DNA of 11,995 nt from Candidatus Heimdallarchaeota archaeon (GCA_030614005.1 JAUWKS010000087.1:1-11995), one strand, 5' to 3'; numbered from the stretch's first letter, positions 1 to 6,423 are shown. Notes: generated by a model not told the origin, from the sequence alone. Made by a program: numbers and translations.

Positions 1-174
1 AAAGCTGCTGAAGAAGCTGCTGAAGAAGCTGTTGCAAAAGAAAGAGCTGCTGCAGAAGAAGCTGCTGCAGAAGAAGCTGCTGCAGAAGAAGCTGCTGCAG
101 AAGAAGCTGCAAAAGAGAAAGCAGCAAAAGAAGAGGAAACAACGAAAGAGAGTGAACCAAATGGTAGCAACTGA
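1..174 (+). CDS. 3' end of an unknown upstream gene (partial) with an Ala/Glu-rich low-complexity C-terminal tail
   Basis: Frame +1 is open from base 1 to TGA at 172-174 and reads KAAEEAAEEAVAKERAAAEEAAAEEAAAEEAAAEEAAKEKAAKEEETTKESEPNGSN*. The GCT/GCA/GAA codon pattern is natural in this frame. The gene overlaps the antiporter ATG (161) by 14 nt. Not in the ORF track because its start is outside the window. Confidence 0.85.
   Translation, partial: KAAEEAAEEAVAKERAAAEEAAAEEAAAEEAAAEEAAKEKAAKEEETTKESEPNGSN
4..110 (+). repeat. Coding tandem repeat: 4 perfect copies of 15-bp GCTGCTGCAGAAGAA (46-105) plus 2 copies of 12-bp GCTGCTGAAGAA (4-27)
   Basis: Read directly. Unit lengths are multiples of 3 and encode AAAEE and AAEE in frame +1. 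Confidence 0.95.
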
Positions 175-1528
175 CACAATAAATATTCTTATGTATTTAG
201 GTGTTGCTTTGCTCTCTGCAAGAATCCTTGGTGAAATTTTTGAAAGAATCAAACTTTCATCTATCCTTGGAGAATTACTAGCAGGTATGATATTCGGTGG
301 ACCATTACTAGGAATGGTTGGTGTAAATCCAGCTTTGTTTGTAGATAATGAAGTTTTGAAACAGTTTTCTCAACTTGGAATTATTATTTTGCTATTTATC
401 ATCGGTTTAGAAATCAATACTAAGAGTCTAAGAAAAACTGGAAAAAAAAGTTTAGTAATCTCACTTGTAGGTGTATTAATATCGTTAGCAGGTGGATTTC
501 TTGCAGCATTCTTAATATTTGATTATAGCCTCCCTATAGCAATATTCTTTGGTACAATGCTTACCGCGACAAGTATTGGTGTAACAGTTAGAACGTTAAG
601 CGATGTTGGTAAATTAAATACAACTGAGGGAGAAATTTTGCTATCTTCTGCAATTTTCGATGATTTTATTGTTTTATTTCTTGTCTTAATCTTTGCAAGT
701 GTTTTATTCCCTAAATCAGGAAGTGATGTATGGTATCTTAGTTTATTCCTTGGACCAGAAAATACTGTAACCTTGGCATGGTATTTCACATTATTAATTG
801 ATATTACTGTCATGGTTATATTGATTGTAGTCGTAGTTATTTTGATACCTCAACTTTTGAAATTCTTGGAGAACCGATTTAGAATTTTCTCTAATTCCTC
901 AACAAAATTCTTATCTCTAGGAATAATTTTCGGTCTACTGGTTTTGTTAGTTTTTCTTGCAGAATTTTTAGGCATTTCTGGAGTTATTATTGCTTTTCTG
1001 TTTGGTCTATCCTTACAGAAAAATAGAGTACTTGTAGGTGAAATAAAGGAAACGTTCGTCAAAATGGGTGAAGGCTTGTTTTTACCGTTGTTTTTCTTCG
1101 GTGTGGGCGCGACATTCTTATTTGATTTTTCTGTATTTGCTCCAATACTCCTCCTTGCTATTCCCATAACGATAATTTCAAAAGGTTTAGGTACGTTTGC
1201 GGGGGCATCTATGGTTAAGATTAACCCAAAAGATTCAGCAAAAATTGCTGTAGGGATGTTACCACGTGCAGAAATAGTTCTTATAATTGCGGAGATTGGA
1301 TTACTTCAAGGTATTTTTGATCAAAGTATCTTTTCAATGGCCGTGTTACTAGTATTTGTAACGATTGTGATAACGCCATTTGCTCTTCGTTTTGCTTTCC
1401 GGACACCGAAACCGCCTGTTTTGCCTGAAGTGGAATCCGATTTAGATGAATTATCAGAAGTTGAAAATGACACTAAGGAATCGTCAAACATTGAAAAGAG
1501 TGTTAAAGAATCACCAAAGGTTGGCTAG
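161..1528 (+). CDS. Cation:proton antiporter, CPA2 family (NapA/Kef-like), 455 aa
   Basis: Many hydrophobic segments. Motifs GELLAGMIFG, LLFIIGLE, TATSIGVT, SAIFDD (DD motif), ISKGLG (Lys) and GMLPRAE match CPA2/NapA signatures. Start moved from 32 to ATG 161 (MVATD...) because the track's first 43 aa are an out-of-frame reading of the upstream repeat. Ends in an acidic tail with no KTN/RCK domain. Confidence 0.92.
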   Translation: MVATDTINILMYLGVALLSARILGEIFERIKLSSILGELLAGMIFGGPLLGMVGVNPALFVDNEVLKQFSQLGIIILLFIIGLEINTKSLRKTGKKSLVISLVGVLISLAGGFLAAFLIFDYSLPIAIFFGTMLTATSIGVTVRTLSDVGKLNTTEGEILLSSAIFDDFIVLFLVLIFASVLFPKSGSDVWYLSLFLGPENTVTLAWYFTLLIDITVMVILIVVVVILIPQLLKFLENRFRIFSNSSTKFLSLGIIFGLLVLLVFLAEFLGISGVIIAFLFGLSLQKNRVLVGEIKETFVKMGEGLFLPLFFFGVGATFLFDFSVFAPILLLAIPITIISKGLGTFAGASMVKINPKDSAKIAVGMLPRAEIVLIIAEIGLLQGIFDQSIFSMAVLLVFVTIVITPFALRFAFRTPKPPVLPEVESDLDELSEVENDTKESSNIEKSVKESPKVG

Positions 1529-1553
1529 TTAGCTATTTCAGAATAGCTAATTA
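1526..1553 (+). terminator. Hairpin starting at the antiporter stop codon
   Basis: TTAGCTATT (1529-1537), loop TCAG, AATAGCTAA (1542-1550): perfect 9-bp stem, extendable to 12 bp with one G-U pair. Confidence 0.5.
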
Positions 1554-1570
1554 TATTCAGCTAAAATATC

Positions 1571-1599
1571 GAGTGAGAGATAATCCTCTCTCATTTTTT
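1571..1599 (+). terminator. Hairpin plus oligo-T terminator-like element after the antiporter
   Basis: TGAGAGA (1574-1580), loop TAATCC, TCTCTCA (1587-1593), followed by T6 (1594-1599). Confidence 0.6.
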
Positions 1600-1710
1600 C
1601 CTTTTAATTAGTTAATTTGTCGAGTACTATAAGATATAAATCAATTAACTTTTAATATCTTATTACTATATAGACATAAATCGCATACAGTAACCAGGAA
1701 TTATTGAAAA

Positions 1711-2193
1711 ATGACTATAAAAAACACTGAAACAGATTTTGCTCCAGCGGAAAGACTAACAGATGGAGATGTATATCTACAAACAATAAAGATTTTAGGA
1801 CTAAGAAACCTATTACCAATTTTACAAATTTTACCAAATATGGTTGCTATTTTGAATAAAGAACGACAAGTCATTTTTGCTAATGATGCATTTATTTCTG
1901 GAATTAGTACAGAGAAATTTGAAGATAGTTTAGGGCAAAGACCCGGAGAACTTCTAACTTGCGTTCATTCTTTAGATAATGTAAATGGTTGTGGAACTGG
2001 GAAAGAATGTAAACACTGTGGTGCTGTTCTCGTATTGTTAAAAACGCAAGAAACAGGTCGTAAGCAAGAGAGTAATGCAAAGATAACAATAAATAAGGAC
2101 GGCAAACTTGTTCCTTTAGATCTACAAATAATTGCTAGCCCAATAACAGTTGACAATGAAATATTCTATATTATTATTATCTCAGAAAATTGA
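1711..2193 (+). CDS. Stand-alone Cys-rich PAS-domain protein, 160 aa
   Basis: PAS-type start LPNMVAILNKERQVIFANDAF, then GQRPGE and C84-x-H86-x7-C94-x5-C100-x2-C103. Ungapped manual alignment to the N-terminus of 3882-5030 gives about 64/154 identities (~41%). Confidence 0.9.
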   Translation: MTIKNTETDFAPAERLTDGDVYLQTIKILGLRNLLPILQILPNMVAILNKERQVIFANDAFISGISTEKFEDSLGQRPGELLTCVHSLDNVNGCGTGKECKHCGAVLVLLKTQETGRKQESNAKITINKDGKLVPLDLQIIASPITVDNEIFYIIIISEN

Positions 2194-2221
2194 ATTGCAT
2201 GTAGAACAACCTCATAATTGC

Positions 2222-2228
2222 TTTTTTT
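2222..2228 (+). terminator. Oligo-T (T7) archaeal-type terminator candidate
   Basis: T7 run 28 nt after the PAS gene stop. Oligo-U termination is established in archaea; function here is inferred. Confidence 0.4.
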
Positions 2229-2277
2229 GATACATATTTGGACAAAGTATTAATTGGTATATCTCAATAATCTTGAT

Positions 2278-3075
2278 ATGAATGCTGAAATTTTACAAAT
2301 AGTGGCAATAACTGCTCATGCTAATGCATATTTAAACGATAAGCAAGTGTCTTTTGATAAAAACCACCCTGCAGGTTTTGGTTACAGAAATATTAAATTT
2401 GTGAGCAAAGTTGCTCAACTCGACCCAATAGCTCAGAGAGTACTTTTAGCTCAAAATCCAAATGACTGGTTTAAGTTTCTTAAAAAGAATAATGTCAGTC
2501 GTTTGTATCTAACTTATGAAATGTCTGAAAATATGTTTAATAAAGATCATCTTAAAATGACAAAAGGAAAAAAAGTAGGTCGATGGAATATTATTGCAAA
2601 GAAACAAGACAAGCACGATCTTTGGACAAATTATATTCAAGCGGAATATGGAGACGCAATAAATTATTATCATTTAATAATAAAAGATACTAGTTTTGGC
2701 ACATTAAATTTTCCAACATTGGAAACAACAAAACTCTATCTCAATGAGATTTTATCCGATTTGATTAGTTTTACAACAAAAAATAAATTGAAAAATTGGA
2801 CCAACGTTTTCCAAAACGCTCTGGGTACTTTATCCATAGAAGATCCTTCTAAACTAGTTTCTGATAATTTCTTTCCAGCTGATAGTTATAGCTTAGAAGC
2901 TAAGCAAATTTTGACCACCATTGATATTGCATGGGTTTTCGGTGGAATGGGATCATGGAATGATGTTTCGCATGTTAATGATTATGACTTGTACAGTCGT
3001 TTAACAGCAAATCTATACAATACTCTTTGTAATGCCCTTGTAGCTGTTACAAATAGTTATCTTGATGAAGACTAA
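2278..3075 (+). CDS. Conserved hypothetical protein with C-terminal WVFGGMGSWND motif (DUF6966-like from memory, unverified)
   Basis: Long open frame with normal composition. ATG 2278 (MNAEIL...) is preferred over the track's TTG 2254. The motif AWVFGGMGSWND lies near the C-terminus. Confidence 0.8.
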   Translation: MNAEILQIVAITAHANAYLNDKQVSFDKNHPAGFGYRNIKFVSKVAQLDPIAQRVLLAQNPNDWFKFLKKNNVSRLYLTYEMSENMFNKDHLKMTKGKKVGRWNIIAKKQDKHDLWTNYIQAEYGDAINYYHLIIKDTSFGTLNFPTLETTKLYLNEILSDLISFTTKNKLKNWTNVFQNALGTLSIEDPSKLVSDNFFPADSYSLEAKQILTTIDIAWVFGGMGSWNDVSHVNDYDLYSRLTANLYNTLCNALVAVTNSYLDED

Positions 3076-3103
3076 TCTAAAATGTTAAATTGGTTGTATA
3101 TGA

Positions 3104-3772
3104 ATGACTGAAATTCATAAATTGAAACAAGAGCTAGTAAAAATTTGCACTGAAATATACAAACAAAATTTAGTGATTTTAGGAGAAGGAAATATCTCTG
3201 TTCGAGTAACCGGAAAGAATGAAATGATTATCACACCTGCCGGTAATGATTATACTGCTCTCCAACCAAGTAAAATGGTACACATGGGCTTAGATGATAA
3301 TGTTTTTGACAATAAGTCTAAACCTTCCAGCGAATTTCGCATGCATAGATCCATTTACTTGCAGAGACCGAGGGTTCAATGCATTATTCACACTCATTCA
3401 CCTTTTGCTTCAACACTTGCAATTCTCCATCACAATTTACCGGTTATAATTGAAGAAATGGCTATTTTTTTGGGTGGAAGTGTTGCGTGCACAAATTATT
3501 GTCCTGCAGGTAGTGAAGAATTGCCCGAAGAAATACTTCGGACAATGAAAAAACAAAATGCTGCTATTATTGCTAATCATGGGGTTATTGTTGTAGGTAA
3601 AACATATGATTATTGTATTAAAATTGCTCAATTAGTTGAAAAAATGGCCCAAATTTACTTGGGAGCAATGAAAATTGGCGAAGTTAAAACAATAACAGCA
3701 AAAAATCAAGCACCATTCATTAAAGCTTTCAATGAAAAATATTCTACTTTAAAAGATTTACTTTTTGCTTAA
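3104..3772 (+). CDS. Class II aldolase/adducin family protein (FucA-like Zn aldolase), 222 aa
   Basis: GNISVR, ITPAG, KPSSE (catalytic Glu), HTH and NHG (three Zn-binding His) are all present. The substrate cannot be assigned from sequence. Confidence 0.92.
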   Translation: MTEIHKLKQELVKICTEIYKQNLVILGEGNISVRVTGKNEMIITPAGNDYTALQPSKMVHMGLDDNVFDNKSKPSSEFRMHRSIYLQRPRVQCIIHTHSPFASTLAILHHNLPVIIEEMAIFLGGSVACTNYCPAGSEELPEEILRTMKKQNAAIIANHGVIVVGKTYDYCIKIAQLVEKMAQIYLGAMKIGEVKTITAKNQAPFIKAFNEKYSTLKDLLFA

Positions 3773-3797
3773 TTTCTCACTTGTAAAAACAAATAAG

Positions 3798-3805
3798 TTT
3801 AAAAT
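3798..3805 (+). promoter_or_regulatory. TATA-box candidate for the histidine kinase gene
   Basis: TTTAAAAT preceded by purine-rich AAACAAATAAG (BRE-like), 77 nt upstream of ATG 3882. GGAG at 3871-3874 is a plausible RBS. Confidence 0.4.
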
Positions 3806-3812
3806 GTATAAC

Positions 3813-3831
3813 TCTCATTAAATTAATGAGA
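3813..3831. promoter_or_regulatory. Perfect 9-1-9 palindrome, candidate transcription-factor operator
   Basis: TCTCATTAA-A-TTAATGAGA. A 1-nt spacer is too short for an RNA hairpin loop, which favours a dsDNA binding site. Confidence 0.6.
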
Positions 3832-3881
3832 TTCGTTAAGGGAATTGTTGTGGGTATTCACTAATAAAATGGAGCAGCTCA

Positions 3882-5030
3882 ATGTCCCAAAAGGATACCT
3901 ACTTTGCCTCGCCAGAAAGGCTAGACAAAGACGAAATATTACAACAATCAAATGACATTGTTAACTTAGCCTACGCTGAGAAAATTCTAAATTCTCTGCC
4001 AAATATGGTGGCTGTTGTTAATGAGCAACGACAAGTAATTTTTGCAAATAACATTTTTATTAAAATGGTAGGTTTGACTGATTTTCGAGAAGCAATAGGT
4101 CAAAGACCAGGAGAATTGATTCATTGTATCCACGCAAACGATACAAAGAACGGTTGTGGTACTGGAAGAAATTGCCGATATTGCGGAGCTTTATATGCTG
4201 TGCTTACAAGTCAAAAAAATAATTCGTCAGTAGAAAGCGAGTCTAGAATCACTACTTCTGTAGATGGGAAAATTATTGCTTTGGATTTAAATGTTAAAGC
4301 GAGCCCTTTCGGTTTTGAAGGTCAAAAATTCACTCTAGTTGTTATGGCTGATATAGGAAATATTAAGAAAAAAGAGCATCTAGAGAAAATCTTTATTCAT
4401 GATTTAATTAATTCCACTTGGTCGCTCGAATCTAGAGCTGATCTTTTTCCACTAGAAGGATTGAATAATAAACAAAAAGAACTTTTTAGCAAAATAAAAC
4501 ACCAAATTGGTTCTATTATGGAAGAAGTAGAGGTTCAAAGAGATTTATTAAGAATGGAACAAAAGGAATTAGAAACTCAATTTGCTAAGGTAAATACAAT
4601 GGAGTTAATAAATTCAACAATAAATTCAGTTACTCCTTTAGAAATTTCAAAGAATAAACATATCGTTATTGATGAAACTTATGAACAGAAAGAAATAACT
4701 ACTGATCCAAGATTACTACGACGAGTATTGATTAATCTGTTGAAAAATGCTTTAGAAGCTAGTAAAGACAATGAGACTGTTTATATTGGTTGTAAAGAAA
4801 CAAAAGATGGTATTGCATATTGGGTGAAAAATAGTTTTGTTATGAATGAAGAAATTAAAAGTCAAATATTTCAACGATCATTTTCAACTAAAGGAGTTGG
4901 TCGTGGATTGGGTACCTATAGCGTTAAAATTCTTGTTGAAGAGTATCTAAACGGAAAAGTAACTTTTGAATCATCAACATCTACAGGAACAATCTTTACT
5001 GTGACTCTTAAAACAAAGGAATTTTCTTAA
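3882..5030 (+). CDS. Cytoplasmic sensor histidine kinase with N-terminal Cys-rich PAS domain, 382 aa
   Basis: PAS with C82-x-H84-x7-C92-x5-C98-x2-C101; H-box FIHD (His173); N-box VLINLLKNALEA; F-box IFQRSFSTK; G2 box GRGLG; terminal GTIFTV. No transmembrane segment. Confidence 0.93.
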   Translation: MSQKDTYFASPERLDKDEILQQSNDIVNLAYAEKILNSLPNMVAVVNEQRQVIFANNIFIKMVGLTDFREAIGQRPGELIHCIHANDTKNGCGTGRNCRYCGALYAVLTSQKNNSSVESESRITTSVDGKIIALDLNVKASPFGFEGQKFTLVVMADIGNIKKKEHLEKIFIHDLINSTWSLESRADLFPLEGLNNKQKELFSKIKHQIGSIMEEVEVQRDLLRMEQKELETQFAKVNTMELINSTINSVTPLEISKNKHIVIDETYEQKEITTDPRLLRRVLINLLKNALEASKDNETVYIGCKETKDGIAYWVKNSFVMNEEIKSQIFQRSFSTKGVGRGLGTYSVKILVEEYLNGKVTFESSTSTGTIFTVTLKTKEFS

Positions 5031-5045
5031 TTTTGGTAACTTGAT

Positions 5046-5064
5046 TATTACTTAACAAGTAATA
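5046..5064. repeat. 8-3-8 palindrome between convergent genes
   Basis: TATTACTT-AAC-AAGTAATA. Confidence 0.6.
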
Positions 5065-5084
5065 CTTCACAACCGTTTCTTTAG

Positions 5085-5146
5085 AATTTACTAATTAATA
5101 GTAGATGTGAGAAGAGAGTGCTTCTCTCTTCATTTCCTAGTAAATT
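5085..5146. terminator. Nested inverted repeat between convergent genes (bidirectional terminator or 3' stability element candidate)
   Basis: Outer arms AATTTACTA (5085-5093) and TAGTAAATT (5138-5146) enclose an inner stem GAAGAGAG (5111-5118) / CTCTCTTC (5124-5131). Confidence 0.55.
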
Positions 5147-5151
5147 TTGAA

Positions 5152-6246
5152 TTATCTCCATTCAAAATACACTGATTCAATCTTTTCTGGAATTGGAACA
5201 TTGTTGATATTTATCAAATATAAACCAACTTTCTTCGGGAAAAAGATGAAATTAACTTTTTTGAATGGTTTAGAATCAAAATAGGGTATATAAGGAGTCT
5301 GTAATCCTTTCCATCCACGTTTGGTTGCTTCAAGTCCAAGAAAATTGGCTAGATCTTTAACTTCTTGATTTGTTAAGTTGTATGTATGAATAGTATCTAA
5401 CCATCCAAACTTGACGTTATGACCAAATCCTGATAAGAGAAATTCCCAGGCATTAATAAAGCCTTTAGCTTCTCCATTGTCATCTTCATAAACAACACAT
5501 AATACTTGAGGATCAGCTAATTTCCATTTTAAATCCTCGTGAACTTGCATTATGCTTATTTGATTTTTCTTTGAAAGTTCCGTAGAGAGTTCAAATATTT
5601 TATCGATATCTTCTGGTTTATAGAGTCTAACTTTGTTGGTTTTTACTTTGCCAATTCGCTCTTTTGATTTAAAGTAGAGTTTTTGTATCCAGTTTGTCTT
5701 TAGTGCTTTTGCAGCTGCATCGACATCGTAGCCTCTTACAATGAATTTATTCATTATAGCTAGTTCTATCATAGGAAGATTTAAGTTACGAGCTGCAGCA
5801 GATGATGCTCCTTTACCATGTTGACTAGCGCCTGCATCGTGAAAAAAGACAGTTGCATCATATCCCAAATTTGAAACTACTTCAAATAACTTCATTCCTA
5901 AAGCAGTTCCAAGACCTTTTCTCCGATGTTCATGATGAACAGATAACCATGCTGGTAAAGAAACGTGGTAAATTTTTCCTTCAATTAATAGGTTCTTTTG
6001 AATTGAACCAAGAAATCCAACTATTTTGTTAGTTGGTTTGTATATCACTCGAATAAAAGTTTCCTTATCTATTGCTGGTGAACCAAAGAGTAATTTGAAA
6101 TTTTCATCTCGGAGATCTGCAACTGCTCCCTCTTTTTTTGCTGCATCATCTTCTTGAAATGCACCTGTTAATAATTTCGCAAGTGTACTAATATCGGAAT
6201 CTTTAATAGTAAATTGTTCGACTAAATAATTTTCATCTAAAGACAT
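5152..6246 (-). CDS. Tandem GNAT-fold acyltransferase, N-myristoyltransferase-like, 364 aa
   Basis: GNAT motif A VHHEHRRKGLG (res 103-113), KIVGFLG strand, and a second GNAT-like lobe starting VRLYKPEDI. Collinear by eye with the eukaryotic NMT catalytic core. RBS TGAGGT lies 8 nt upstream of the ATG. Confidence 0.85.
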   Translation of the reverse strand: MSLDENYLVEQFTIKDSDISTLAKLLTGAFQEDDAAKKEGAVADLRDENFKLLFGSPAIDKETFIRVIYKPTNKIVGFLGSIQKNLLIEGKIYHVSLPAWLSVHHEHRRKGLGTALGMKLFEVVSNLGYDATVFFHDAGASQHGKGASSAAARNLNLPMIELAIMNKFIVRGYDVDAAAKALKTNWIQKLYFKSKERIGKVKTNKVRLYKPEDIDKIFELSTELSKKNQISIMQVHEDLKWKLADPQVLCVVYEDDNGEAKGFINAWEFLLSGFGHNVKFGWLDTIHTYNLTNQEVKDLANFLGLEATKRGWKGLQTPYIPYFDSKPFKKVNFIFFPKKVGLYLININNVPIPEKIESVYFEWR

Positions 6247-6254
6247 AATTGACT

Positions 6255-6260
6255 ACCTCA
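6255..6260 (-). promoter_or_regulatory. Shine-Dalgarno (TGAGGT) of the GNAT/NMT-like gene
   Basis: Minus strand reads TGAGGT-AGTCAATT-ATG. Confidence 0.65.
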
Positions 6261-6385
6261 TTTCATATATTGACTAAGATTATTTCTTAAATAAGAGTAA
6301 AAACTAAATTGATATTTAAAAATCTTCCATTATCATAATAGAAATGAGTAGAATAGCGTTTTTGGTATAAATTTCGATAAAGATA

Positions 6386-6415
6386 TTAAATTAAATCATT
6401 CGATTTTTAATTTAA
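6386..6415. repeat. 10-bp inverted repeat in intergenic DNA
   Basis: TTAAATTAAA (6386-6395) / TTTAATTTAA (6406-6415). All A/T, so significance is modest. Confidence 0.4.
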
Positions 6416-6423
6416 GAGAAAGA

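Noticed and set aside
46-105. Direct repeats as a possible CRISPR array
   Set aside because: The 15-bp units are contiguous with no spacers, lie in a coding frame, and no cas genes are present.
32-160. 43-aa N-terminal extension of the antiporter (MQKKELLQKKLLQ...) in the ORF track
   Set aside because: It starts at TTG inside the repeat and is the shifted-frame reading of the upstream gene's AAAEE tail; CPA2-like sequence begins at ATG 161.
523-1167. Minus-strand ORFs 523-813 and 850-1167
   Set aside because: Antisense shadows of the well-supported antiporter gene.
1610-1663. Inverted repeats AGTTAATT/AATTAACT and ATAAGATAT/ATATCTTAT upstream of the stand-alone PAS gene
   Set aside because: Short, almost all A/T, long spacers, and unlike the 3813-3831 palindrome; plausible by chance at this composition.
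2008-2022. CKHCG (and CRYCG at 4173-4187) as c-type heme-binding sites
   Set aside because: The heme c motif is CxxCH; both have Gly after the second Cys, and neither protein has an export signal.
1904-2156. Minus-strand ORFs 1904-2089 and 1965-2156
   Set aside because: Antisense shadows of the PAS gene.
2191-2217. TGA read-through as selenocysteine would give a U-I-A-C (UxxC) tail: TGA ATT GCA TGT AGA ACA ACC TCA TAA
   Set aside because: The paralog has no Cys at that position, the extension is only 8 codons, and no SECIS-like stem was recognised downstream; most likely chance. A SECIS search and Sec/Cys alignment of orthologs would settle it.
3437-3631. Minus-strand 64-aa ORF
   Set aside because: Antisense shadow of the aldolase.
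3869-3955. Out-of-frame 28-aa ORF (MEQLNVPKGY...) overlapping the kinase start
   Set aside because: No RBS of its own; its ATGGAG is simply the GGAG Shine-Dalgarno of the kinase.
5085-5146. Nested inverted repeat as a MITE
   Set aside because: No target-site duplication, no second full copy and no transposase in the window; position fits a 3' end structure better.
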